This document shows positions 34,442-44,833 of a stretch of 64,000 nucleotides of DNA, in pieces. The DNA is from a virus (Duplodnaviria; Caudoviricetes). Numbering within the stretch: position 1 is the stretch's first letter; each line of letters opens with the position of its first letter. The notes beneath the pieces were generated by a model. It searched no databases, had not been told where the DNA came from, and was given only the letters and a program-made list of their open reading frames with translations. The DNA lies in the IMG/VR virus record IMGVR_UViG_3300014204_000112, positions 128,001-192,000 of that record, one strand, 5' to 3'. A program made the translations under genes and the position numbers.

Positions 34442-36024
34442 TATTTCTGGTATTTTTCTTTCTTAAGGTGTTCCTCAATCGTTGCTCTGATTGCGGCTAA
34501 CGTTGTCCTGCGAACGATGACTCCATCGACGAATACTGGCTGCAACATTCCTGTCGCTTCTTCTTCCCAGGTAACTCCGTCGGTGTAGGTCATGTCTTTG
34601 TTCACTCTGACGAGACCGCGAGCTGATTTCTTCATTCCGCTGTCGGTGATGGGATCCTTAAAGATTTCCTTCTGGCGACCATCTACAGTTTCGGCGAATG
34701 TAGCTTTCATCGCCATCATGTAAGTGTCCCTAGTGACGTACTGGTAGGTGTAGGAACCGATTCCGAGGACCAGATTGGAAGCACAGAATCCCTTTTCTTC
34801 GAGCCGTGCAAGAATGTCCCTCTGTCTCTGCATCGTAATGGAATCGCCGTAGATCAGGCCGATGTGAGTGTCAAGCTGTTTGTAACCTTTTTCTGTCGTA
34901 GGACCAGGAAACATGGTGTACAGGTATTCGTAAGCTCCGAGGAATTCAGCATCAGTCATTTCCTCAGCAATCTTATCGTCTGATTTGAAGAAGTACTTCG
35001 GCTGGTCTTCGCTGTAGTCAATCACGATTTCGTTGACCCTGTAGCCAGAAACGATGTGAACTGGTTCTCCTGAGTCGGGACGAATTACGAGACGACCGTT
35101 ACGGGCGAGGATTTCTGTTTTGAGGCCGGGGATCAGGACCTTCAGAACTTTCCAGAAGTTCCAGGTGTCGGAAACCACGGAGATCGGGCCATCCGGATAG
35201 ATCTTCGTGATCAGCCGTTTGAAAGTATTGTAGTCCGAGTCAACACATTCGTCGCGGGTAAGACCCTCTGATGCGACCATGTGGATCATGTGCTCGGTTG
35301 CCGGGATGCTACCGCCAATGAGTTCAGTATTGCTATCAGCCCCGTAGTAATCTTCGAGGAAGTCGATTGCAAGAATGGTGTCGGTGCCGGTGAAACTTAG
35401 AAGGTGTGCTGCTCCGGAAAGAGCTGCATCTTCTGGGCCTGACATTCCACGGAACGAAAAGTCGTGTCCCTGCCATTTCACGAAGTCCATCGGACCGTCA
35501 GTGAGACGCATGTGGCGTTCGAATTCTTTCCTGTAATGGAACGCGGTCGTTGCACTGGTGCAAGGTTTCCACAGAACGCAGCTGAGCAGCGATTCCAGGT
35601 AATTGGTCAACCATGCGAAACGTTTGTCACCGTGCTTGGTGTTGCGAATGGTGAGCATTGGGGTACGCATTGGAACGAGAGTTCCTTCAGGTACGGCCTT
35701 AATCACAAGCGGCAAGTAGCCAAGATCATGGAGAGCTTCAATGTGAGCTACTGGAACCGTTCCAGGTCCGAGTGAGCTATCCATTCTTCTCTGGTACTTA
35801 CGTACGACCTTCGCCTTCGGTTTGAAGAAGAATTCGTCGTTCCAGTTACGGACAAGAAATTCCTGAAGGAAGTACTGGAGGCCGAAGAACACGATCTCAT
35901 CAGCCCATGGAACCCTGGTTCCGCGAGGAGTGAATGTCGAATAAATGACGACCGTGTCTTCCGGTATCATCATTGGGTGTCCGACTTTGTAGAAGTCGGC
36001 CGCGTGCAATGGGAAAATTTTCAT
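34441..36024 (-). CDS. nicotinamide phosphoribosyltransferase-like protein (Namat/NadV family)
   Basis: DFYKVGH, HDFSFRG, PATEH, SVVSDT, IRPDSG, IYGDSIT, KKSARG. Confidence 0.9.
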   Translation of the reverse strand: MKIFPLHAADFYKVGHPMMIPEDTVVIYSTFTPRGTRVPWADEIVFFGLQYFLQEFLVRNWNDEFFFKPKAKVVRKYQRRMDSSLGPGTVPVAHIEALHDLGYLPLVIKAVPEGTLVPMRTPMLTIRNTKHGDKRFAWLTNYLESLLSCVLWKPCTSATTAFHYRKEFERHMRLTDGPMDFVKWQGHDFSFRGMSGPEDAALSGAAHLLSFTGTDTILAIDFLEDYYGADSNTELIGGSIPATEHMIHMVASEGLTRDECVDSDYNTFKRLITKIYPDGPISVVSDTWNFWKVLKVLIPGLKTEILARNGRLVIRPDSGEPVHIVSGYRVNEIVIDYSEDQPKYFFKSDDKIAEEMTDAEFLGAYEYLYTMFPGPTTEKGYKQLDTHIGLIYGDSITMQRQRDILARLEEKGFCASNLVLGIGSYTYQYVTRDTYMMAMKATFAETVDGRQKEIFKDPITDSGMKKSARGLVRVNKDMTYTDGVTWEEEATGMLQPVFVDGVIVRRTTLAAIRATIEEHLKKEKYQK

Positions 36025-36256
36025 GGTGTATGTTGTTAAGAGTTAAACATTCGGTGAAAAGGACTCGAGCAAGCCGACAATCGCTGCAGAGCAGATGAAT
36101 ATGATTCCGAGCTTGAGAATTAAGGAATCGGCATGCTTTCCGAACAGTCGATTCTGACCTTCGGTCAATACCGACTGTACTGCGGCTGCGATCCTGAGAA
36201 ATGCCATACAACAGGCTAATCCAAAAAATATTGCAGATAACATCATAGTGAAAGAT

Positions 36257-37183
36257 TTATATGGTTTTTTTCGTTTTGAGTCCGTAACGTTCGTTGTATT
36301 CGAGCTCGACATTGATCTGGTATATCAATGGATCGTCGATTTTCTTTAACAGGTCGGTGCAGAAAATTCCGGCGAAATACTTTCCGAGTTCTTCGAATCC
36401 GTTAGAAAATATACCAAAGGTGACTGCTAAGTAGATCTTTCCGCAGTTACGTTTTTTGAGTTCCTTGGCGATCTCAATGAATGTTCTTCCTCCGTCGCAA
36501 ATGTCATCGATGATGAGGATGTCATTTCCATGAAGGTCTTCCTTATTCACAGTGGTCTGAATAATTTTGCCGGTAGATAATTCCCGAACCTTATCGCAGA
36601 GGATGATGTCGTCATTGTAGCCAATCTCCTTTGCTATGGTGAATATCTTCTTATAGGCTCCGGCATCTGGTGAAACCAGGTTGATCTTTGGCTCTTCTGC
36701 TGTTCTCATTGATTGCAGAGCATCGAACACCTCCTTGACGAACGAGTAGTTCTTTATTACACAGCAGTTGTCAATGAGGGCAGGGCCGACATCGGAATGC
36801 GGGTCGAACACGAAAACTCGTCCGAACTTCTGTGAATTGATCAAGCCGACGAATGCTTTGACTGAGAGAGGTTCCCCCTCAACGCAGACCCGGTCCTGAC
36901 GAGCGAACGGAATGAATGAAAGGAAGAGCCAGAGCTTCGATTCCTTTTTTAACTCGCGAACTGCGTTCGCAGCAAGAAAAATTCGGATGAGGTCATTCCC
37001 ATTTTGCGGTCTTCCAGTAATCAGGGTAACCGTATCATCATCGAAATCGAAAGTTTCCGGGTCTAACTTTACATGAGGTTCGATACCGGAATAGAAATCG
37101 AGAGAAGCGAAGTCGATATTGTACTGAGAGTACACTGGAGCGAAGTCCTTATCGAGATTTAGGGTTTGAATTTTGCTGATCAT
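36257..37183 (-). CDS. PRPP-synthetase-like protein (Adps-like partner)
   Basis: PFARQDR, DPHS, VSPDAGA, IIDDICDGGRTF; adjacent to the NAMPT-like gene. Confidence 0.85.
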   Translation of the reverse strand: MISKIQTLNLDKDFAPVYSQYNIDFASLDFYSGIEPHVKLDPETFDFDDDTVTLITGRPQNGNDLIRIFLAANAVRELKKESKLWLFLSFIPFARQDRVCVEGEPLSVKAFVGLINSQKFGRVFVFDPHSDVGPALIDNCCVIKNYSFVKEVFDALQSMRTAEEPKINLVSPDAGAYKKIFTIAKEIGYNDDIILCDKVRELSTGKIIQTTVNKEDLHGNDILIIDDICDGGRTFIEIAKELKKRNCGKIYLAVTFGIFSNGFEELGKYFAGIFCTDLLKKIDDPLIYQINVELEYNERYGLKTKKTI

Positions 37184-37246
37184 AAGATTCGTTATAGGCG
37201 ATATTGTACTACATTTCGACCGTTTGTGTTTCGAATAAATAACGCT

Positions 37247-37849
37247 ATGCAATAGTCAAATCATTCTTGCAGTTCGTCAACGAGAACGAAGAACCCAAAC
37301 TCAATATCCAGCCATTTTTGGTTCAATTAGCAGATCTAATTCGAAATTTTGATACGTTCGAAACTGTATCTGTCTAGAGTAATGTAGAAAGTAATTACAT
37401 TCAAATTACTAAGAGCGATGATGTTCATGAATTGGCAGAAGTAAGAGATTCAAGCGGCGATCTTATTCGAATCTATGCTGATTATACGACAAAACTCATG
37501 CCAATTTTTACCAATGAATACGAAATCGGCCTTGCTGAACTTAACGATTTAATTGAACATGGATTTGCCGACATTACTAATTACGTGAAAGGCTTTGCTG
37601 TATCTGTTGAAATGAACTGCTGGTCTAAAGATGCAGAAAGTTGGCGATGGATGACGAAGCGATGAAATGACTGAAGAATCGCTAGAAGATCTCGATGTTA
37701 CGGTTGGAGCATCGATCGAAACTATAGCAGAAGAACTGGCCGAATCAATAAATGATCGATTCAACCAGTTCTACTTGTCCGATGATATACTGCAATCGTC
37801 AATTGATGATTACGAAGGCAGGAATGATGATGAAGAGTCAGAAGATTAG
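37247..37849 (+). pseudogene. disrupted gene with N-terminal IVKSFLQFVNE motif
   Basis: ATG out of frame, in-frame TAG near 37375, second shift near 37650; ATAAATA upstream. Confidence 0.45.
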
Positions 37850-38829
37850 AAGCTGAACGGCTTCATTCCTGGTTTTACTTTCCAGAACAAATGCCTCCAT
37901 CCAACAGGGATGTAATGCGACATGTCAGCTTTGTCGAGAATACGGTGTCCACCGCTCTTGCTTACGTTCAACTGAACTGGCAATTTGATCTTGATCTGCT
38001 TGCCGTCATGGTACTCGTAAATGCGGTATTCCTCGGTAGAAATGTCCATGAACTCAAGGTTCGTAGGTTTCGTAAGAGAAGCAGGAATTTCTGACAAGGT
38101 TTTCGCCAGGTTAGTGTTCCCTTCCGAAACTCCACAGTACTTCCTCATCACTGATTCGAAAGTTTCGTCAGCATTCCATGTGCGAGCATCGTGCCTCATT
38201 TCGAACTTACCGTCCACGTTCCAGATTCCGTCAGTCGTGTTTGCAAACATGACCTGAACTTCGTCATTGTCGAGGACAGAAAAAGTACCATTTCCAGTTC
38301 GGTCGGTTGACCAATAAACTCCGTTGAAATGGAACAGCTGTTTGGTGTACCCGTACTTGCGTTCGAATTCAGCTTCGATGCTGGTGACAAGCTGACGGCC
38401 AATCATTCCGATGCTCATTGCTCCAGTTTCCAGCCAGCCATTGATCTCTTTCTCACGAATGACGATGTCTATCGACTGCTTTGTTCCAGGTTTGGAAATC
38501 CGGTAAATGTCAGCGCCAACGTAACTTGCAGCAACCGAAGGCATGTGGCTCGTGATAACGCTGCAAATCGTCTGGTAAAGAGGAGTTGGAGATTCTGCCA
38601 GGAAGTCGATCTTCTTGATCATCGACTGGAATTCCTTAAACACGTTCTCGTATCCCATGACAGTATTTACCCTTTCGTTCATCATCGTGATCTTCAATGA
38701 TGGTTCTAACGGTTTGGATGTCAATACTTCCTGCATCAACATGATTGACTTAACGTTGATTTTTCTTAGCTCGTCGTCCGTGAATTCAGTAACTCTCTTG
38801 AATTCCGGTGAGGTGTAAAGGTTTTTCAT
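37846..38829 (-). CDS. hypothetical protein
   Basis: 327-aa ORF, no recognised motif. Confidence 0.6.
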   Translation of the reverse strand: MKNLYTSPEFKRVTEFTDDELRKINVKSIMLMQEVLTSKPLEPSLKITMMNERVNTVMGYENVFKEFQSMIKKIDFLAESPTPLYQTICSVITSHMPSVAASYVGADIYRISKPGTKQSIDIVIREKEINGWLETGAMSIGMIGRQLVTSIEAEFERKYGYTKQLFHFNGVYWSTDRTGNGTFSVLDNDEVQVMFANTTDGIWNVDGKFEMRHDARTWNADETFESVMRKYCGVSEGNTNLAKTLSEIPASLTKPTNLEFMDISTEEYRIYEYHDGKQIKIKLPVQLNVSKSGGHRILDKADMSHYIPVGWRHLFWKVKPGMKPFSF

Positions 38830-39109
38830 TTGGTTTCGTATTTGTTATTTTACTCTTTCTTTTACTTCGACCGATACTGTGAATCCGCTCGGTTCCTTTT
38901 TAATGTGTAGGGTCATTTCGGAAAAATCTCGTACCCACATGACGTCTTCCACTATGTCCTGCAAATCGTCACCACATAATCCTGGGTGAACGACTCCTGG
39001 CTGGTATGGGTCATGCTCGAGTTTCTCTACAAATTCGTTAGCTGTCCGGATTAATTCTTCCTTTTCGGCTTTGCTCCTCATTTCTGATCCTTTTTCTGAC
39101 ATTGACATA

Positions 39110-39286
39110 TTATACTTCGTTTTGTATTCCATCGTCCTCCTCATCATCAACTTCTATCTCTTCAGTCTCGTCAATGGTCGGAAGAATGTCTCGGATGCTA
39201 GCAGCACCTTCGTAATTTTCGCTGGCAAGGTTGTCCTTCAACAGGGACTCATAGAGAGCTTTCTTATTGATTTTGACGATTGCCAT
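39110..39286 (-). CDS. small UVR-motif protein
   Basis: ENYEGAASIRD motif; below the ORF-track cutoff. Confidence 0.55.
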   Translation of the reverse strand: MAIVKINKKALYESLLKDNLASENYEGAASIRDILPTIDETEEIEVDDEEDDGIQNEV

Positions 39287-39297
39287 AGTCTTATCTT

Positions 39298-40848
39298 TTA
39301 CTCGACAGGTGGAACGGGTTTTCTTTTTCTTGCGTATATCATTCCAATCAAGTCAGTATTTTCATCGCCGGCAATCCAATCGGGGTTATTCTTTACCCAT
39401 TCGAAACCGGTTCTTTCCAGTTTTGCAAGGATGGGTTTTAGTTCCGGGCCGTTGTTGAAATGGTATTCCAGTATGATCCTAGGAATGGTAGCTAGGAAAT
39501 CGTCCGGTATGTTTTCCATGATCTTGTATTCCTCTCCCTCGCAATCGACCTTCAGTAAGTCAATGTGATCGAGCTTTGCCGTATTGCGAATGAAATCGTA
39601 AAAGTCTATGCACGGAACCGTGTACTCTTGGATTCCCATTCCTGCAGGTTTGCAAAGGGTGCTTGAATCTAGAGAACCTAGCGTACTGTAGAACGTAACT
39701 TCTCCGTAATGATCGGATACTGCAACGTTATACAATGTAACTTTGTCCTTATCGGGATAAATGTCATGGATCTTTCCGTACAATTCATGATCCGGTTCGA
39801 ATGCTACGATCTTGCTGGCTCCCTTGTTCAGAGCACGCAATGAAAAGATTCCGAAGTTGAAACCGACATCGACTACTACGTCTCCTGGTAGAACATCAAC
39901 GTAATCGGAATTCTCGTGAATCACGAGATGCTCAGCAATAACGCCAATCAATCCCAACCTTCTTTCGTAACGACTTTCCCTATCGGCAATCTTTTTTAGG
40001 TAACCTTCACGATCCATCGGAGCAAGGTCAAACTCTCCGTCGAGAATTTTACTGTCGTAAACTTCCTGAGTTTCTCTGTCGACTACTGAGAACGTTCTGT
40101 TCCTCCAAGGTAACGGCTGTTCCGACCAGTATGTTACATCGGGAGGAATGTCAAGCGGATAAATGTACTGAGTTATGCCAGTGTAAGGCTCGACGAACTT
40201 TACTTCGACCTGTTTCGTGGTGCTCGTCACATTCGTGAAATGAACCTTTCGGTTTCCATTCTCAACTGCAACGATTTCGAATTTCTTAACGTTGTCCATG
40301 TCAGCGAGAGCCTTTTCGACGAACTCTTCTAGCTTATTGCTCCACATGAGGTCAGACCATTCAGCAATTCTCTGAGCTGACCAATCCCACCATCTTATTT
40401 TCAATAACTTTTCGACGATGTCCGAGTTGAACCTGGTGTACAGAAATTCAGCCGGAACTCCGCCGACAACCGTGTAAGGTTTGACATTCTTCGTGACGAT
40501 TGACCTGGCAGCAATTACTGCTCCGTCTCCAATTTTTACTCCAGGCATTATCATAGATTGAGTTCCTATCCAAACATCATTTCCGATGATGATGTCACCG
40601 CCTTTATTGTGGCCGAGAACATGATTTAAGTATTCATCAAGCTCAGGAGTAACAGGCCCCCTAAGCATAGTTGAGGTGGTGACCCAATCGGGTCGGTGGT
40701 TTGCATTCAATATGAACGTACAATCCCTAGCGATAGAACAGTACCTACCGACCTTTACTTTTGAATCATTTGTCCATGATATGATGTTGACACCCCTATC
40801 GTAATACGTACCGCGTCCGGTTTCCATTAAGTGTAAGTTCTCTGACAT
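39298..40848 (-). CDS. CatB/Vat-like hexapeptide acetyltransferase fused to an FkbM-family methyltransferase
   Basis: GRYCSIA, IGNDVWIG, GGVPA, IRWWDW; VDVGFNFG, AFEPD, LLKVDCEGEE. Confidence 0.85.
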   Translation of the reverse strand: MSENLHLMETGRGTYYDRGVNIISWTNDSKVKVGRYCSIARDCTFILNANHRPDWVTTSTMLRGPVTPELDEYLNHVLGHNKGGDIIIGNDVWIGTQSMIMPGVKIGDGAVIAARSIVTKNVKPYTVVGGVPAEFLYTRFNSDIVEKLLKIRWWDWSAQRIAEWSDLMWSNKLEEFVEKALADMDNVKKFEIVAVENGNRKVHFTNVTSTTKQVEVKFVEPYTGITQYIYPLDIPPDVTYWSEQPLPWRNRTFSVVDRETQEVYDSKILDGEFDLAPMDREGYLKKIADRESRYERRLGLIGVIAEHLVIHENSDYVDVLPGDVVVDVGFNFGIFSLRALNKGASKIVAFEPDHELYGKIHDIYPDKDKVTLYNVAVSDHYGEVTFYSTLGSLDSSTLCKPAGMGIQEYTVPCIDFYDFIRNTAKLDHIDLLKVDCEGEEYKIMENIPDDFLATIPRIILEYHFNNGPELKPILAKLERTGFEWVKNNPDWIAGDENTDLIGMIYARKRKPVPPVE

Positions 40849-41799
40849 TTACAATAATTTTTTTTTCCAAAAGTCTACAAAATCGTCAACTGTACGATCG
40901 TTTAACTTTTCCATTTCTTTAAGGTGATTAGTGGCAAAAGGCAAGGTTGCTTCTGCCCATGAAATATCATTCCAACCATAGGCTATCCCACATGATTGCA
41001 ATGGATTTAGCATTCGAAACTCAGTAGGAGTCACTAATCGATTGTCCAAATCGGTGCTAGCGTTTCTTGCAAATTCGTATGATCTTCCTGGATTAAGTAG
41101 AACAGTAGTGCATCCGCAAAGCACAGCAGCAATAGAGTAATAGCTCGCGTGATCGTAGCTGAGCATGTACTTATACTGATTTAATTTTTCTCTTAGGTAT
41201 TCGTATCCTCCACGTTCTTTCCAATCAGTCAAATCGTATGATCCTAATTTTTCGAATACCAAATCGCCAGTCGGCGGAATATTTTTATGGCGTATGTGGC
41301 ATATCCCATCTCTTCTTCCAAAATTAGTCAAGAATAGTTCGTCAAATTTGTAATCAAGAACAGTTAACTTTCGATCCTTTACTTCTCTGTACGTTTTGAA
41401 ATTAGAGTAATTGAAGTATTCGTCTGTTTCGTCATACTGTTTTTCTATATCAGCTTCAGTATGGTATAGGATCCATCTAGCTACATGTTTCGTTCCAAAT
41501 GGATTGCCCCTAGTGATTTGCGGGTATATCGAAATGGTGTTTGATATTGGATACTCGAAATTATCCCAAACGAAATACTCCATGAACCCTTCGGATTTCA
41601 CAATTTCTCCTGGTATTCTGACCAAGTTTTCATGAGGTTTTGGCGGATCAGCAACGACGCAAGTCTTATAACCACGTTCAGCTAATTTATAAGCAAGTTC
41701 ATGCATAGCTACTATTGCTCCAGTCATTTTCTGTTGCAATGAAGAATGCACTCCAATTATAAAATTAGGGTTGACGCTTGAAAAATCGATTTTTTCCAA
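40849..41799 (-). CDS. glycosyltransferase-like protein
   Basis: GAIVAMHELA, IYPQI..GNP, SYD...AAVLCGC; glycan-gene context. Confidence 0.5.
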   Translation of the reverse strand: MEKIDFSSVNPNFIIGVHSSLQQKMTGAIVAMHELAYKLAERGYKTCVVADPPKPHENLVRIPGEIVKSEGFMEYFVWDNFEYPISNTISIYPQITRGNPFGTKHVARWILYHTEADIEKQYDETDEYFNYSNFKTYREVKDRKLTVLDYKFDELFLTNFGRRDGICHIRHKNIPPTGDLVFEKLGSYDLTDWKERGGYEYLREKLNQYKYMLSYDHASYYSIAAVLCGCTTVLLNPGRSYEFARNASTDLDNRLVTPTEFRMLNPLQSCGIAYGWNDISWAEATLPFATNHLKEMEKLNDRTVDDFVDFWKKKLL

Positions 41800-41813
41800 A
41801 TTAAGCTATTTTT

Positions 41814-42455
41814 TTAATCTCGGTTCGCTTTCGTGTAGATTTCGAATTTCGAAAGATCAGGATACGGCAATTCCAAATCATCATTGTGTTTCTTGGTGCC
41901 GTCTATGTTATAGAACTGCTGAATCAGCAGTAACCCACGCGTTGCAATTTCTGGCATCATGTAAAAGTTCCATCCGAGCATGTCAAAATAATCATCGTGG
42001 TACGAGCATTCCCTACGACCTGAAAACCTTGCTCTCTTGAACCAATTGTAGGCTTCAAAATTATCAGTTAGGATCGCCCCTCCCTTAGAGAGTTTCAAAT
42101 GCTTGTACGGACCGGTGAACGATACGCACATGTGAGTCTCTGGTTCGTACATGTCTGCCGTGAATCGAAGCGCAGAATCTATGACAATAGTAGGAAATAG
42201 TCGGTAAGCCCCCTTAATGGTTTTTCCTTTCACTTCTCTGAAATTAACTTTCGCTCCAGCATGAATGATCTCACATGGAACAGATGGATAGGTTCTGGCA
42301 GGAATCGTTATTTCCATTCCTTTCACTCCTTCATGCATCAGAGCTAAGAACAGAGCGTTCGACATGTTATCGACTGCAACAGCGTATGGTGCTCCAGTAT
42401 AATCACACAAGGCTTTTTCAAATTCTTCTGTTACTTTATAGACTCCATTTGCCAT
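41814..42455 (-). CDS. DegT/DnrJ-family PLP sugar aminotransferase (short)
   Basis: FEKALC.YTGA.YAVAV, IDSA, SF...K....GGAILTD. Confidence 0.85.
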   Translation of the reverse strand: MANGVYKVTEEFEKALCDYTGAPYAVAVDNMSNALFLALMHEGVKGMEITIPARTYPSVPCEIIHAGAKVNFREVKGKTIKGAYRLFPTIVIDSALRFTADMYEPETHMCVSFTGPYKHLKLSKGGAILTDNFEAYNWFKRARFSGRRECSYHDDYFDMLGWNFYMMPEIATRGLLLIQQFYNIDGTKKHNDDLELPYPDLSKFEIYTKANRD

Positions 42456-43303
42456 GGTATGTAGTTATTTTTTATCATGACAGCATTTTCGCCATCATTG
42501 AACAGTCGATACTCATGTTCCTGAGCCCAGTCTAAAATTTCGTAGTATTGAGGTTGTTTGATATGCATTACTTCGAATATTATGAGAGTAGGTTCAGTCT
42601 TCAGAGCCAAAATCAAATCACCGTCTATTCCCTCGACATCAAGGTGCAACCAATCCAATTTACCGTTGAATTCCTTTTCTATCAAATCATTGATTGCTGT
42701 GCTAGTGCGATGAGTTTGTTTGATCTTATCATCTGTTAGGAATATGTTGATGACCGGCTTGTAGATCGTGTCAGTAAAACCTTCTCCCCCTTCGAACCAT
42801 TCAACTTCTTCTCCATCAGTGGTGATGATGTCATGAATGAATTTGACGAAAGGAAGGTGACCGTAATTTCGAACTACTACTTCGCACTGGGCTTTGCTTC
42901 CATCCACTAGGACTGCATCCGTCATTCCGAGAATTACTGGATAGGTCCAGTGTCCGAATGTTCCGTCATGACAGCCTATAACCAAACCCTTTGGTTTATG
43001 ATTCAAGCTACGCAGGAAATGCCACATCAATTTTTCGATGGAATCTCCGTGCTGTGGTACTGAGTACTTGTGTTCGAATACGGTCTTTCCACTTGGAGTG
43101 GTAAGAACAACATCGTATGGAGTTTCAGCGCCTCCCCATGAAACCCAAGTTCCAGGAGATAGTGGAGAGCTCCAAACTTCTTCGCCAGTTATCGACTTTT
43201 TGAAACGTGCAGTTAATGGAAGATCACTCGGCTGAAATATGGTGAACTTATCTAAAGTCACTACCGTTTTATTTTCGCTGCGACTGTAATCTACTTTTAT
43301 CAT
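42431..43303 (-). CDS. FkbM-like methyltransferase domain protein
   Basis: VIGCHDG, WLHLDVEGID, IFE. Confidence 0.65.
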   Translation of the reverse strand: MIKVDYSRSENKTVVTLDKFTIFQPSDLPLTARFKKSITGEEVWSSPLSPGTWVSWGGAETPYDVVLTTPSGKTVFEHKYSVPQHGDSIEKLMWHFLRSLNHKPKGLVIGCHDGTFGHWTYPVILGMTDAVLVDGSKAQCEVVVRNYGHLPFVKFIHDIITTDGEEVEWFEGGEGFTDTIYKPVINIFLTDDKIKQTHRTSTAINDLIEKEFNGKLDWLHLDVEGIDGDLILALKTEPTLIIFEVMHIKQPQYYEILDWAQEHEYRLFNDGENAVMIKNNYIPWQMESIK

Positions 43304-44007
43304 CCATGTTCGATTATTTTGTTACTGATTGGATCCCATTCGATCGTTCTTGGTTTGTACTCATACTCGTACCTCTCGTTCAATACGGAAGCATTGATGA
43401 AATGGGTGTGACCATCGAAATGATAGCCGTTTCCACTGTGAATGTGACCAAACACATGGATCTTAGGCCTGAATGCAGTTATCCTGCGTATTAGAACTTC
43501 GCAACCTAACTTATCGCTCCATCCTAAGATATTGTCAAGGATTCCATTTGGTGGACCATGCGTTATGAGAATGTCAGTATCGTCTGGAATAGCATCCCAA
43601 ACTTTCTGAATTTCCCAACCTTCTCTCGGGAGGTTGAATGCCCAATGACAAAATTCTGGTTGCCATGGACTACCGTAGATTTTTATCTCTGGGTCCATAC
43701 CAATGGTCGTGTGATCATCTTGCAAGTAATTGATCCACTTGTACGAATTGACTATCTGAGCAGCATCGTTCCTCCTATTTTCGAAAAGGAAGTCATGATT
43801 ACCTGCAATGAAAATCTTACGATCGTAATTGTCGATCTTATCGAACCACTTACAGAAGGCTTCCACTTCATGTGGGTACCCTCTAGAACTCAAATCACCA
43901 GCGTGAATCAGAACGTTTCCGCCCGGAAGGTCGACCATTATCTGATTGTGCTTGTTGTGTGTATCTGAAATGAATGAAATGCGCATAATTATGTTTTTTG
44001 TTTGCAA
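43300..44007 (-). CDS. calcineurin-like metallophosphoesterase
   Basis: SDTH, HAGD, AGNHD, THGPP, FGHIH. Confidence 0.9.
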   Translation of the reverse strand: MQTKNIIMRISFISDTHNKHNQIMVDLPGGNVLIHAGDLSSRGYPHEVEAFCKWFDKIDNYDRKIFIAGNHDFLFENRRNDAAQIVNSYKWINYLQDDHTTIGMDPEIKIYGSPWQPEFCHWAFNLPREGWEIQKVWDAIPDDTDILITHGPPNGILDNILGWSDKLGCEVLIRRITAFRPKIHVFGHIHSGNGYHFDGHTHFINASVLNERYEYEYKPRTIEWDPISNKIIEHG

Positions 44008-44071
44008 TTATTAAAATGCCATCGATACATGGTCGTACCACCAACTTGCCCGCAGTGCGGACACGTTATTC

Positions 44072-44341
44072 TCATGATCCTGGTAAAATTATTGGTTCTG
44101 CTGGTTTTGGTTCTTCGATTTCACGAAGCTTGAATTGCTTGTTCATATGATGACACTTAGAACAAGCATACGCTGGAATCGGTACGAGTTGGTCCTCTGG
44201 CGAACCGGTCAATAACTTAGAGACCTTTCTCAAATAGAGAACTTCGATGAATGTATCGTTTCCACATTCGTCGCATGTTAGGGCAGTCGTGTTATTGAGC
44301 CCAATGCGAATTTGCTGATTTGGAATATTTCCTCCTGGCAT
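44072..44341 (-). CDS. Zn-ribbon protein
   Basis: CDECG...CSKC. Confidence 0.65.
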   Translation of the reverse strand: MPGGNIPNQQIRIGLNNTTALTCDECGNDTFIEVLYLRKVSKLLTGSPEDQLVPIPAYACSKCHHMNKQFKLREIEEPKPAEPIILPGS

Positions 44342-44398
44342 AATTCTATCTTTTTGATTTTTTTACTACACGGTGACGATTAGTTTAGTTACTCACAC

Positions 44399-44423
44399 AA
44401 AAAAAGGGGCAAATTGCCCCTTT
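44399..44423 (-). terminator. intrinsic terminator
   Basis: AAAGGGGC/GCCCCTTT hairpin with T run on the - strand. Confidence 0.7.
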
Positions 44424-44445
44424 GTAATCAAGCATTCGAACTCAA

Positions 44446-44640
44446 TTATTTGCTTACTGGCTTTGCTGAATCATCTGTCGGTACAACAAGTGTTGAATCT
44501 GAGATCTGTAGAGCTGCGATGGAGTCAGCTGTTGCAATTGAGTCGGCAATACGCTTTTCTTCAACTTCCTTCGCTGACGGTCCACACGATACTACAAATA
44601 ACGCTGCTACAATTGCGAGCATTCCAAAAAATTTCTTCAT
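44446..44640 (-). CDS. small lipoprotein (Bacteroidota-style)
   Basis: MKK..hydrophobic..VVSC lipobox, ADSI repeats, TATAAATA upstream. Confidence 0.7.
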   Translation of the reverse strand: MKKFFGMLAIVAALFVVSCGPSAKEVEEKRIADSIATADSIAALQISDSTLVVPTDDSAKPVSK

Positions 44641-44833
44641 TTGTTTATCTTGTTTTTTTCTGTTTTATTTATACACGATATATTCGTGCGGTTTTTAACA
44701 TTTTTTAACATTTAGCGAATTTCACATGTATTACGGTCTGACTATTTTAACTTTATATCCAGCATATTTTAGTTTGACTCGTTTTGCTGAACCGATTGTT
44801 ATTTCAGTTATGCCATTCACTAAATCTTTCAAA

